The position numbers and the translations under genes are program-made. 64,000 bases of DNA. Source: Tubiluchus corallicola (Eukaryota; Animalia; Priapulida). Below the pieces are notes generated by a model that was not told the origin of the DNA, did not search any database, and saw nothing but the letters and a program-made list of their open reading frames with translations. How positions within the stretch are numbered: position 1 is the stretch's first letter; every line of letters starts with the position of its first letter. The DNA is taken from the NCBI GenBank assembly GCA_030141605.1, contig JAQGDQ010000228.1, positions 296,312-360,311 on the forward strand, in the 5' to 3' direction. This document shows positions 26,516 through 61,895 of this stretch, piece by piece.

Positions 26516-29500
26516 AACAGTCTATGTCCTCCGATTATCAAAAAATGCAGGAAACTACACAGCTTTGGACAGCAAGCATTATCCTCATCATTGCCCAGTG
26601 TACATTTCAATGTAGAACTGGGAAATCTGCTGCTTAGTAAGTTAACAGTCTAAGCCAAAGTGTTCGAAACAACCTGCTTTTCGGGAAAACAAAACTATAG
26701 AAATCAGAAGTAAAGAAAATTATTTTTGCCATAGTAATATTCTTTTCTGAAAGACCAGAACATCTGAAACCTAAGCTAATTTTAGTTAACGTGATCCATT
26801 TTGAGAATTACTAATTGTAATTTATATCATTCATTTCGTCTCATCTAGTCCTTTCATTGGATGTGCTACAATCCAGTGCTGCTCGACTCTCGGGGCATTT
26901 ATATCCTGAACCTCAAATGTTAGTTTTTACCCCCTAGTAGAAAATTTCCTGCAGGCACATGAGCCACTTTCAGTGATGCACAAGACCGTGACCCCCGCCT
27001 ACCTATATGTACTAAATATTGTGGCCCTACCTCCAAAACTGTAGGAACAACTAGAGCTTAACGAAAACTAATTCAAGAAATACCTACTCTGTGATCACTT
27101 TGCCCAGGGAATTTGTTTTGTGAATTTTGTTTTGTAGCCCTCTGCTTCTAAAACGTCACCACAAGTAGGTACCCCTAACTTTGCATTTTGGACCCTATCT
27201 CGAAACTTTGATAGATTCAAATTTCTGGAAAAATGCTTATGGCACATCCACGCCAGAATACCTAAATGCCTATGAAAAAATATGAAAGCCCTAGCAGAAA
27301 CATAGGTCTAAGTAATGAACTATTATTTTGGCAAGCTAATATCAATGAAAATAAGCTAGTCCTGGTGTTGCTGAATTTAGTAACAGTTAATAGGAGCTCC
27401 GCCTAGTTTCATTACTAAGGTTTCAGGTTTTCCCTCAATAGACGGCGCATCATGATGCTTAAGAAAGGACATTATGAGTAAAACTTTTCAGCATCTATGC
27501 TAGAGCTGCGCTTGCTGATGCTGCCATCGAGGCCTTCACAGGAAAAATGCAATGACTTATTTTAGAGCTAACAAAGAGTTTTCCCTGAGAAGTGTGAGAA
27601 TACCAGAGTAAGTAGTGAATTCAGCAAAATAATTATCCACAGTCTAAAAATTTGTCAGAAGCAATTCGAGCTAATCAATGCACATACTCATTTGCAAATC
27701 AGAATGATGTTTTCAGCGTTCTGCATCTTAAAAAAACTAACCGCGGTAATTAATTACACGCAGTCTTAATTTTAAGAATGCCAGTTTATGGTGGACTGTT
27801 TGTCATCTGTTAAAAATGAGACTGAGACTATATTTGAACTCCGTACTTTTAGATTTTGGATTGCACATTAGGTATTTGCTAAACCACCAAAACAGGAATT
27901 CAAGAACAAGCGAGTCCAAGACTCAAAACTGCCAACAATTGCATGTGTTAGTACCTTCACACTATATACAAACATGTACAGCTGCTTATGGTTCTTCCCA
28001 TCATTAATTGTAACAATGTAGCAGATTTACACTGTGTGGAAAGTCTGTACATTACTGACATTTGTTAGGTTAGTAACATTAGGGTCAAAACCACACAATG
28101 CCCTATATTACATAATCAGATCTCTTCTAGTTTGTATTTCTTTATAGAAGATGAGGCAGTGCAAGCTCAAGGAAGAAAAACATAGGTAGGTTCCCTAGCT
28201 ACAAAATTACGATATTGTGTGCTTTTTAGCCACAATACTGCCTATCCACCCATCCATAGTCTACTATAGTCAAAAACAATTAAAATAGTTTCACAACACC
28301 GCTTCGTAGACAGTTTTCGGAATTTCAAACAATGTACGGAAGTAAAATGGAAACGGATGACGGACGGGATGACAAGACAGTCATCTGATGATATGACATG
28401 ACAAGATATGCAAAAATGTAGACTCCTAGTCTTATACTGCAAAAGAAGCTGACTGACAAAGTCATTTCACCTGTTTTTTCATTTTGGTTCCTGTCGCTGT
28501 GACCTTTGGCTCAGAGGTCACCTTTTCTATACCATCCTATATGATGTGAGGTGCTGTACTGCAACTTCTGCGATTCTAGTTCTTATACTTAGGGAGTTAT
28601 TTCATATGACCCCGGTTTCCGGCTTTAGCTCCTATCTCTGGTCCTTAAGGAATTCCAGGTTTTTGTAACCCCAGCAATGTCTAAATACCCGTGAAAACAA
28701 TTGAAAAAAAGGAAAGCCTAAAGAAGAGAAGTAAGGCCGCTTGCCCATAATTTTCATACGTTGGCTACTATCTCGGGCCAATAAGAGTTCCACTTTTTAA
28801 AATACCAGGGGCACATCTATCCTGTTAATACCTAAATACTTGTGAAAAAAATGAAAAAGTAAAAGTTCTACGAGGAGATGCAGAAAAATGGAATGATACC
28901 CGCTGCCATCCTGCCACTGACCCATTGACCACGGGCCAAAAGTCGCCACACTGCTGCCTTTCCTGCCCTAGACTACCCGTCCTGTGAGTGAGTTTCGTGA
29001 CCCTAGATTGCAAGGCTTTCGAGTTATGCGAAATGATTCATTGATTATGTTTACAGCGAATAAATAAATAACCGTAGGAGAATGAAGAATATTTGCTAAC
29101 TTTTAATTAAATTGAATTGATGAAGAGCTGTGGATTTATGGATTGCAATAGTGAGATAGCAAACGTGCTGTAGGTATCTAGGAAATCGACAAGACAGAGG
29201 ATACGACGATCAAAAGGATGACGTTTAACAAATCCCCAAGAAACGGCAAATAGAATTGGGGCCTTTCCGTGGACCTGGGCAATGCAAGAGAGAAGGTCTA
29301 ATTTTCGACCAGAAAACGGGAACAATTCTGCCAATAAAAGCATAGTATTACTAATGAAAAAGACCGATATCAAATTCCCCATCCCGTAATAAATCACTAA
29401 AACTGCTTTGCTATAAACTTTTTGTAAATTAGAATGCACGTGCAAGTCTCATTTGAACTTGCCTGTATCTGTTTCGTAAAGTAAAAAACATTATCTGCAG

Positions 29501-29559
29501 TATTGCGGTTAATTTCTTTGTCATCAGCGTCATCATCGTTGCTGTAATTGTTTTTGCTT

Positions 29560-30338
29560 AAATTCTTGCGTAAAATTTTAACTTAAGCTAAAAATAACTA
29601 AGTCGATTTTTTGTATTTGTATATAGTACACTATCCTGCAACAATCTGTGGTTCTAAAATTTGCTTCTTCTTGGCTTGTGGCTGATAATATTTACCGAAT
29701 CTTTAATAGTAGGTTCGGTTTCACAAGATTGATGTTACTATTTTCAGTGCTTATTTCGGTTTTGTTTTCAGGGCTTGTTTCAGTTTTCAATTTTGCTTTC
29801 AATGCTTATTCTAGTTTTGCTTTCAGGGCTTGTTTCAGTTTTCAATTTTGTTTTCAATGCTTATTTCAGTTTTCAGCTTTGTTTTCAAGTTTTATGTATG
29901 CTTATTTCACAACAGTTATTATTTGCTACTTTATACTTGTCCACTTCTGATTTGTTTTTGTTTTTCAGCTGTTTAGTTTAATTAGCCAAGCAAATGTCTG
30001 TTGCTTTGTGTTTTTTTGATATATATTGGTATATTGTTTTGTCACTTAAAACTGTAACTCGACTCGCTCTTCATTTGTTATCATTTTATCATTATCGCGC
30101 ATCAGTTTTTTTGTTTTTTGCGCATTCAGTTTTTTTGACAGGATTTTCTTTGTTTCATCCTAGCTTATATCATCGCTTGATTTTCTTCTACTAATTTTAA
30201 CTAGAAGGGTGGCTGATTCGCTAACCGCTACGGTTTTTTGCCATCCTTTCTCTGCTAATAACTTATTTGGTTTATGTACTTGATATTATTATGTACAATT
30301 ACAAGAGATGAATAAATTTATCTGAATCTGAATCTGAA
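29560..30338 (+). mobile_element. LINE-type T-rich 3' UTR with (TCTGAA)n tail and a ~55-bp tandem duplication
   Basis: Stem-loop motif 30203-30248; aataaa followed by (tctgaa)3; duplicated unit 29763-29875. Confidence 0.55.
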
Positions 30339-31174
30339 GTTAAAATCTGTTTATTAGTGTAGCCTGCGCACATATATAATCCAACATTCCGAAACTAATC
30401 ATGGCATTTTTCTTTGTTGTCAAATCAGACAAATTGAAAGACCAAATTTCACAGTCTTCTCGGACTAGAGGTTCTTGACGAGGGTTTTACTCCGACTTTT
30501 CAGACCTACAAAAAAGAATACTTTTCATTACGGTGAAGTCCGGAACCAGGTCATCGGGTAGATTTTGTACAGAAAGTTTTCAACAACAGAATCTGCAAAA
30601 ACGATGAATAGTAGTATGGCGCTTCGTAATTAACATTGGAGTTAGGCACAAATGGAGATGCACAAACAAATCAATTGTATTACTTTACATCTTTTCAGAC
30701 CTTATTAGAATTGTATCGCATGGCATAAACTGAGAAAGGCGTTTGTTTAAGAGCGAAGAGAAAGCGGTAGCTCAGCAGTCACCGCGTGTACTTAGCAACA
30801 TAAATTTTGTAATTAAAGAGCGTGTAAATGGCCTGCAAGAAAATTGCGCTCAGGTGGCTTCAACAGTCAAAAGCACGATTCATAGGCACACCATCTCATC
30901 TTAGAGGATTTGTATCATTATTCTTGATAACGAATTAGGTTACGGTCCTGCCACACCTTCAAAATAATTAGGATCTATCTTTGAGTACTGGATAATGCTT
31001 GCGCAGCCTAAAAAGTTTATATTGTTATAAGTTATACGCAGGTTACTAGCTCATGGGTCGTGCGAAGATGTAATTTCAATTCTTAGAGATAAAATACTAT
31101 AGAAATTATTGTAATAACTAATCTTGTATGACAATAATAATAGTACACATTAGGCCGTACCTGTCAAAACTTAC

Positions 31175-52777
<21,603 letters not shown>

Positions 52778-52914
52778 CTACAATTATTTGTAAATGTGTA
52801 AATAACATGTTTTAAATCTCTGGTTACTGACTGGCCAGACACCATTACACATTTTAATGTTGGCAACTATGTACAAGACATAGCAGCTCTTATAAAGAAT
52901 TTTTCAGGCATACT

Positions 52915-53010
52915 GTGCTAAATAAATTCTATGTGTGAATCCATATGTGCTAAATATATCCTATGTGTGAATCCATATGTGCTAAATATATTGTGTGTGT
53001 ACCTCCATAT
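52915..53010. repeat. ~32-bp tandem repeat, 3 copies
   Basis: tgtgctaaata...tatgtgtgaatccata repeated. Confidence 0.8.
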
Positions 53011-53099
53011 ACAGTTTTTACTGTTTGTTGTAACCGCAGAAAACATGCGATTCCAAACGTATGGTGCGTAGACTTAGTTAACGTTTATTAGTGTGTAGC

Positions 53100-53455
<356 letters not shown>

Positions 53456-54624
53456 GGTGTTGGTAGTTATAATCGCAAAAAATACAAAAGCTATAAAGTG
53501 ACATATCAGCAAAATTTTAAATTTTAGCGACGTTGAATTGCCAGGCAGTTACCGTTATGTTACTGTGACGATACGCTCTTTTACTTGCCGTCGGAAATTT
53601 GAGCATGGATACCTGGATAATAATTTAAATTACAAAAACTCTGAAATTAACGCAACTAAGAGTGGAACCTAGATCTTAAATGACAAAAAATGTTGTACTA
53701 GCGAAATATGTTAACTTTTCAAATTATTCTTGAAATGGAAAAAAGCCTACCCTACGGTCATAGTGCCGTACAGAACGTTTCATCTGTATGTATATTTCCG
53801 ATAGTATACTTAGACGCACAAACAACGCGCAATCAAATAACGAACAAAAAATCTTTATTCCCTGAGAATTTTCCGCACAGCTCAGTTTTCATTACACATA
53901 AAATATTGCCTTGCCAGATTATTTCACGGCGCACTATTGTGTCAACACTGTTACCACAAGATTTCACCGCAAAGTGAGGTTTTCTGTAAGGGCGATACTC
54001 CCCGAAGCCAATGACGTCACGGGAATGGAAAATCATTGCGCCTGAAATAACCGTGACAAAGGCAGGTTTGGTTAAATGTCAGGTAATTGTTGACAAATTA
54101 CTTAAAACCTTCAAGCGTAAGAATGCATTAAGCAACGGTGCAATAATAACGTATAAGGCTGGCCTATTCAAAATTAATGGCAAGCAAATTTGGAGCAGTT
54201 GTTCTATGGAATACTACACTAATGATGACGGCTAGCAATTTAAAGCTTCATAATAGTAAACAGTACCGCATTTATTTGCTGTATATATTATGCGTTAGTG
54301 TTTCACAGATGACAAGACTTATGGTAACTAATTGACTGCAGCTGAGAAAACCGAAACTACGAAACAGTTACATAATGATTTTTATCAAGTGCTTTTCTAA
54401 TTAATTGTACTGTGCTTTTTAATTTCGTTTTATGAGCTGCTTATAAATTTTGACATGTTTTCTTTTTGTTCAGGTGTTTTTGGTATTAGCTTGGAAATTG
54501 TTTGCAAACTGTGCACCAATCAGAACCTTGTTGTAAAGAGCTTTGCTCAATCAAGTTATCCTGAATTTTTTTTAATAATCCAAAGAAAGTTTACATCACA
54601 TAAGCTAATACCCTTTTTCTTACG

Positions 54625-54878
54625 CCATCATCAGAATGAATACCTAGGCAAATAATAACACAGAGGTTTCAGTCAAATTTGTAAACAACGTGTCAAATAC
54701 AAATAACAATACAAAATTAGCCAGATTTACTAGCAACCATAAAGAAAAGGTATTAAACTATTGTCTATAGTCTTGTTTGTTATTGGCGAAATTTGTAAAC
54801 AATATATGTGTGTTGTTTACAAACGTGACTGAAATATTTTTGTTATTTTTTGCCTAGGTATTTCATTCTGACTATGGC
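54625..54878. mobile_element. Foldback MITE-like element with ~60-bp imperfect TIRs
   Basis: tcagaatgaatacctaggcaaataataaca...ttgtaaacaac versus gttgtttacaa...ttgcctaggtatttcattctga. Confidence 0.65.
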
Positions 54879-55149
54879 CCGAGAATAAAGTGACCGAAAC
54901 GTAAAACCTAAAGGGCAAGAAAAGGGGTTCGTAAAGTGGGTTTCAAAAAATCGTCTTAAAAATCATATTAGTTTATTGCAATTTTATGTGTATATCGCGT
55001 TCGCGTTAAAATATTTTTTTGCTTGATTTCATTTTAAATCTTCCGCAATACTGTCCCGACCTCGCCATTACTTGACGTAATAGTTAATGACGTGTGCGCT
55101 ACGAATGCTCTGATTATTTTTTAAACTTTCTTCTTCAAAGTTTCATTCC

Positions 55150-55600
55150 ATCTATTGTAGACATTAAGGCATTAACGTTTATTAGAGTATTCCGCTCACT
55201 CCTATCTGCGGCTAACAGCGCAAGTTCTTCTACTCCTAAAGATAAGTTTCGTTGAAGTTGTTGAACATCTTTATTTATCATAGCTATCCACTTGGTTTGC
55301 CACGTGGTTTTTTTGCAAGATTTTAAGGCTTCCTTTAAGGCAATTCTTACTGGTGCTTCATTTGGTAATATTAGAAGATGTCCTAGCCATCTTAATCTTC
55401 GGATCTTGACTTTTGAACTCCGCGGAATTTCTTTCGTTCTAGTATATAAATCTTCATTTTTGATTACTTTAGACCTTTCTTTAGAAGACTTCTGTGAAGT
55501 GGGTCAATCTGCTTTTCTTGCTTAATCGCTAAACCCCATGCTTCACTGTTGTACATAAATAAGCTGGTAACGTAGGCATTAAATAATCGAAGTTTAAAAT
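55150..55600 (-). mobile_element. Degraded RTE-like LINE C-terminal fragment
   Basis: Minus-strand RRLRWLGHLL and FNAYVTSLFMYNSEAW motifs. Confidence 0.6.
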
Positions 55601-57504
55601 GAATTATCGTCAAAATGGCAGCGTCTTGTTATTCATCAAGACAACAAATAAGAATCCCTGTTTTGTTCCTTGGAAAGAGAAATATATTGGATTACTACAG
55701 ATATTGAAATAATATGGACCTTACACAAACATGTTAGATTCCACATGGAAGCAAATAATATTAACAATGTACATATAAACTTATTTAAATGTTAGACATT
55801 AACTGCCCTAAAAGACAGTGAAAATTTAATACAAACATTGAAATTTCGGACCATAGCAAGAATTTGTACAACTTTTCAACATTGTTACCTTTTCGCTGTA
55901 GAATCCGATGAAAGAACTTAACCTTGACTTTTTGACTTCTGCAAATAGAATTGAAAAATATAAAGTGAAACATGCATAATAAATAAGCAATTGACAACAT
56001 ATGTAGCCCTAATATGGCACATATATAACACCCGAAAGCTCTTCATTAACGTCGATCCCAGCATTTCTTCATCATTTCTCTACATCTAATCTGCTATGAT
56101 GATTTTTTTCATTAATGCCACCTTTTTACATTTTTATTTTTAGTCGGGGGATTCGAGGCAGGTCGCTTCTTAGCAGGATGTTGTTTTTGGTCTTGTTGCT
56201 GTTGTTGTCCTTGTTTTTAAACTTGCTGGAGATGAAAAAAAGCCTAAGGCTCAGTAAATTTGCAGTGGATCTACTAGAACGATTTCTGCATCGACTGATC
56301 TTCAACCGTCTTGTTGAAATCTAGATGGCAGTGATAACAGCACTTTCGCAAAAAGCCGAAGGTTCCGATGACATTGAATCGTCGTGAAACTTTACAGAAG
56401 TATGGTAGAAAGAATTCCGCACAGACTGGTGGAGTCGGATTTTTGATTTGCTATTTCAAATTCAAGATGGCGGCGGTAGCACCATTTTCGAGAAAAGCCT
56501 AAAGTTTTACCAGTTTGCAACGGATCGCATGACGCTCTACAGGAATACACTAGAACAAATTCTGCACCAACTGACAGAGTCGAAATATCGAATAGCCGTC
56601 TTAAATTCAAATTCAAACTGGCCATCTTTTCTTTCAAGATTGCGGCATTAGCATCATTTCTAATACACGATCTTGAGTCGAGCGAGTCCCTCGACCAATA
56701 GATCGAGTCGAATTTGTTTCATCGAATGTGTGATGATGCTTGATTACGATAATTCGCATGGTACAGCATCGTAAACTTGTAGACGGAATGGCTCTTAAAC
56801 TTTTAGAAATCATTCATATTTTATACTGCGCGCTTTTCCTTTATGTGAAAACGCAGGCAAGGTGTTTTTGGTCATCGGTCCGTGTGAAACGTATTTGTTT
56901 TTTTTCAGAATTCCTATTTACTTTATTGTAGGATGAACGACTATCAAGCTGCTTGGATGCAGTGCATCTGTCTGAGCGAGCACATGCTGCAATATTATTA
57001 AATATTAAATTGATGATGCAATAAAACTCAAGCTCTATTGTAAATATTACCTCAGATATTCAGACCTTGTAGGTAATATGGGCAGGTAGGATCTTTTCGA
57101 GTCTTGTTACAATATTAGCTCAAACGAGTGCGTCTGAAGTTTGAATTTGTATTTCATTGCCACTAAAGCGTATGTATTAGAGGCTGGTAGCAGACACAAT
57201 AATTGCGTCATCTATTATGTTTAATATTACTAAAGCACCGTTGAGCTATTATTAAAATTTGCCATTGCGTCGTTGAAGCTTTTTAGACAGCCGAGTAATT
57301 GAATTTTCATGCATCTGTGATGTATGGTGCCCCCGAAGGGTCACGTTTAGAAAAATTACTAACTCGTGGCCACTACTAAGTGTCTCGTGCGCAAGGATTA
57401 ATAAATCATTTCCACATTCGAAAATATATCGGACTTATCTATCGGAAATATATTAAACAACCAGTTTGGATTCGAAAAGCGAAATAGTACTGAATTATGC
57501 GTAT

Positions 57505-57666
57505 AATGGTGATGATGATGGTGATTGTGATGATGACGATGATGATCATGATGACGATGATGATGGTGATGACGACGACGACGACGACGATGATGATGAT
57601 GATTGTAATGACGGTGGTGATGACGGCGATGACGATGATGATGATGATGACAATAATAATAATAAT
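57505..57666. repeat. (GAT/GAC)n-(AAT)n microsatellite, probably the tail of the adjacent minus-strand LINE
   Basis: Direct observation. Confidence 0.9.
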
Positions 57667-57669
57667 GTA

Positions 57670-58110
57670 TTTATTTATAAAGCGCTCTTTCAATAATTTT
57701 TTTCAAATGTGCCGTACAATTAAAAATATTAGATAAAATACCAAAAAACTATAAAACAATTAGACCTACCTATAAATAAAAAAATCTGCAAAAAACATTC
57801 ACCACTTATTCATTAAAATAATGAATTTTCAGTTTCCTTTTAAAATTATTTAAATTTTAGCCTTCTCTAATTTCATTTGATAACTTATTCAAACACTTTG
57901 GCACAATGCTTGAAAATCCTAAACCAGCAAAGACTTTCATTTTATTAAAAGGCACAACAAGTTCTATTTCATTTGCTTTGCTAGCTCGTGTGTTCCTGCT
58001 ATAAACACGAAATTGTAGGCGATTAGCCAAGTAAGCTGGAGCCAGTCCATGTAACGCTCTGTAGGTCAAAACTATTATTTTAAAAGTACACCGACAATGT
58101 CCGACATCTG
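57670..58110 (-). mobile_element. L2-like LINE 3' end
   Basis: FKIIVLTYRALHGLAPAYL...FSSIVPKCLNKL. Confidence 0.75.
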
Positions 58111-58261
58111 ACTGGTAGCCAATGAAGACTATATAAAACGGTTGTTGCACTGTCATTTTCTGTAACACTGTACTTTTGTTCAACTGTATGTATAAGTTAA
58201 AAGAGTATAAGCAAAATACCTATAACAATAATTGCAGTCCTACATGCGTGTGTCTAATTAT

Positions 58262-58460
58262 CGCCAATAAGGCATTTGATCGTGTGAGTCATACTCTTGG
58301 GCTTCCCAATGTTGATGGTTCACAGCGGGTGTGTGTTCGCTGGGGCAAAACAAGTTTATTTTTTGTGTCAAATGGCCAGCGACAAGGGGGAATTCTTTCT
58401 CCTTTGCTTTTCGCAGTCTATATTGATGATCTTTCAAAATATCTGTCGAGTGTAAAGTGC
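58262..58460 (+). mobile_element. LINE RT fragment
   Basis: KAFDRVSH...VSNGQRQGGILSPLLFAVYIDDL. Confidence 0.75.
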
Positions 58461-58514
58461 AACTTACCGCATTGGCGACAATGCAATTGATTACTTAAGG
58501 TTTGAATGTATAAC

Positions 58515-58724
58515 GCATTTAATTTCAGGGTTGAGTGGGAAAAAACTGATATAGGTATCAGCATGTAAATTTGCACTGTTTTAAAATACACTTTCTCTCG
58601 AACGAAAACTGTTTAATGATGCATTTAATTTGACGATTGAGTTTGAGAAAACTCATATACGTATCAGCATGTAAATATGCACTGTGTTTTAAATTCACTT
58701 ATTCTCTAACGAAAACTGTTTAAT
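58515..58724. repeat. ~105-bp tandem duplication
   Basis: gtatcagcatgtaaat...aacgaaaactgtttaat present twice. Confidence 0.8.
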
Positions 58725-59339
58725 ATTCAATAACTACTACTTGAGCACTTTTTCAGACAAAAACATAAGAAATACACATTGGCTTCTACGGGTTAAGCCA
58801 AAAACAATTCAGCTTATAGTTACTGAGTGATGCATCGATTACGAATAATAATTGTTCGCTGCTTGGTATTTGAGTTGAACAAGGTTTGGAAGCCACGTGC
58901 AGAGGCTCTAATTAAAATAAACAAAAGTAGTAATTAAGATAAGTAATTAAGGAGCTTAGCGATCGTGATTTGGGTGAATGCTTTAGCTTCCTCTCCTAAA
59001 TTGAAAGCAAATACGTAATGCATTAAACTTTCGTCAGCCCCAATGTGAGCAAATAAGTAAGAACTGTCAGCCAATTGTAATATTGTAATATGAGGTATGA
59101 GACATTAAAGTTACGAACAAAACTGCTCAACTATACTATTAAGTGAGATGAGTTTATTTGTTGCTCTTCATGGACTGCCAAACGACGGCATGAATGATAC
59201 GTGGGCCATTCGGACAGGTACGAGGGCGTTTGTGGTTCGGATCGATCAATATTCCAAGTATTGCCTGTCTGTCTTACTTTCTGTTTGCTCGTTAGTTACG
59301 CATTCGTCGGAATTAACAGTATGAAGAGAGAGACAGAGA

Positions 59340-59357
59340 GAGAGAGAGGGGGGGAGG

Positions 59358-59455
<98 letters not shown>

Positions 59456-60335
59456 AGTTTATAGTGTCCGCAAAAGTATGCACAGACATGGACTTTTTTT
59501 TCGCAAAATTCTATGCGAAACGTCTGGAGACGTATTTCCGCATTAAAAATAAGTATTTCTGCTATTATTATTATTATTATTACTGTAATGTAATAGATGT
59601 TTATAATGTTACGGTTATGGTTTTCAAAATCATACTAATTTGGGCAAAGAGTTTAGAAGGGCCTTGCATGCTGGTCACTGCCATAATTACGTATAACTAA
59701 GTGGTGCCATAATGTTATAATGTCAGGCCTTACTGCATTATTAATTTTATTAACTTCACTCTCAGAATTTCAGTGTTGTTATCACACTCATTTTACAATG
59801 CCAGTAGATACACCGTGTGCGTTGTATTACTTAGTTATGCGTAATTTTTTGTGAGCTTTAAATAACATTATTATAGAAATGTGAGAACAGTTAAATAATT
59901 AATAACTATTTAAACATCGCGGTTCATCACAGCCGTGTTTTGATTAAATACAGCATTCCCAGTTTCGCCAAACTTTAAAAATTTAAGGCTTATTTGTAAT
60001 TCAAAAAGAAAACCGCAATATCAAGGGTTTTCTGGCAGATAACCATCTATATCTACACAATTGATTCTATCGCGGGCTCTTTGCATTTATGAATTGCAAT
60101 TATAAATGCAATATTCGCGTACGTCTTTAGCCCTACAAACGTTTTTTTCAAAAACGTCTAATTCGGTTGTTGTTATTATAGTCCTTAGTGCTTTGTTGTA
60201 AAAAAGTGCGGGTTTCCCGAAAGTAGATAAGATCCCAACTCGGATTTTAAGAGAAACCCTTTTGTTCAAAAACTTTTGTGTGATTATAATCATTGAAACG
60301 CTGCTTTGCATGGTTATTGCCCGTTAGATTAGATT
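59340..60335 (+). repeat. Left arm of a ~1-kb inverted repeat (includes (GA)n 59324-59453)
   Basis: Reverse complement of 63021-64000, near-identical. Confidence 0.95.
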
Positions 60336-61216
60336 TACGCACATGAGATGCATGTCATTTGATTTGGTTGACAGCATTTACTTTAAATGAAAAAATATGA
60401 AAGCCTAGGTGCAAGCAATTACTTTTATACTACATATTATTATTCGTAAAATGTTTATATACTTTATATAATTCTTAGTTGCATTTTTCTTACATTTTTG
60501 TAATATTTACCGTCTCAGCTCCTTATCACATTGTTCGTTTGTTTATTTGCCCGTTTGTTTGTTTTCTGTTTATTTGTATGTATGTATGTTTGTTTGCTTG
60601 CATTATTTTCTCTCAAAGCGGTTTGAAAACATTTTACTTAGAATAAAAAACAGTTCATAAACATATTACTTATAAAATTAAAATTGTACAACCTGTTTTG
60701 CGTGCGTGTGAAAACCTATAATGCTTATTGACTAATTTGCATGTAGTATCGAAACAGAATAAGACCCCTATATGCACGAACTAAAGATAATATATATATA
60801 TAATACTATATAATATAAACGTTTTATTTACATAATTACATAGCTGCATAACAACACGTATTCTTATTAAGCTTTTACGCAAGTTTTGAAACTTCTAGTT
60901 CGTGTAAATCGATTTGTATTAGATTGCAATGCGTCAATGGATGGATCTTCAAGTTTCTCGCAGATTTTGTCATTATGCTGCCACCACCTTTTTTCTGGAA
61001 AAAAGATAAATATACGAATATGATAGCCGAGTTTGCATTTAAGAAATTAAATAAAAAAATTTTTACTTCAATTGGCCCAATCAGTTAAAGGTTTTTTTTA
61101 CAGTAGTCTCACAAATGTTAGACTGCAGCCTTAGTTTCACGATAAAGATTGAGGATCTATAGGCTGTTACTGTTATTTCTACTGTAACTGTTGCTCTTTC
61201 TGTTACTGCTACTGTT

Positions 61217-61419
61217 AAGTGGCGTCTACGTAATATCCGGAATGCGTATGCGTTTCCACCTACTAAAAATCAATAGGAATAGCCGCAGAAAAAGAATAGC
61301 GCATACACAGGCAGCATAAACGGGTGCATTGAAAACAAGATAAACGGATTTTAACTATTCCGCACCCCCCCCCCCCGACCCAACGCACACGCCTTCCGGA
61401 TGCTACGTTAAGGCCACTT
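61217..61419. mobile_element. ~200-bp MITE with ~38-bp imperfect TIRs
   Basis: aagtggcgtctacgtaatatccggaatgcgtatgcgtt / aacgcacacgccttccggatgctacgttaaggccactt. Confidence 0.7.
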
Positions 61420-61812
61420 CACTGTCATCGTTACTGCTAGTCCAGAGAAATTGGTGGTATCGCCCTTGTTTTCGGAAAAAATCGCTTCTACCTCTTTAAA
61501 ACAACCCATGTCTGGTCTTCACAAGTTCTGTTTTTGTCTTTTTGCGTGTTTGTCCCTGATTTCCAGAATTCATATATACGGAACAACAACAACAAAACTA
61601 TAATGTCCTATTTGTAGCCATATAAAATTTTTTTGGAAGAGAATCAAGAGGAACAAAAACATTATTCAGTCAACAATTAGTATTCTATACAAAATGTCTC
61701 AACAACAAAGCAGAAACTCGAAAAAATCAGAAAATAAATTCTTCACTAATCATATAAACAATTTTCTATATGGTTTATCAAGTAATTTAACAAAAGTGAA
61801 ACCATTACTCAC

Positions 61813-61895
61813 TTAGAGCGCTCAGTCTTTGAATCTCTTTGTACAAATGGTTTTGTCTGGACCTCCGCAAGTCTTTTCTTACCTAACAGCTCCAC
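61813..61895 (-). CDS. Candidate upstream TMC coding exon (VELLGKKRLAEVQTKPFVQRDSKTERS)
   Basis: ttacacag|GTG...AA|gtgagt; only one frame is open and it ends in phase 2, matching exon 52619-52777; no homology support. Confidence 0.4.

Noticed and set aside
56110-56650. Protein-like minus-strand stretch (QQQQDQKQHPAKKRPASNP) and ORF 56392-56637
   Set aside because: In-frame stops, no consistent splice phase with TMC, and no recognisable domain
57050-57105. Possible TMC upstream exon ending AG|gtaata in phase 2
   Set aside because: No convincing polypyrimidine acceptor and an upstream in-frame stop
57439-57736. Asp-, Ile- and Met-rich ORFs
   Set aside because: Translations of the (GAT)n microsatellite
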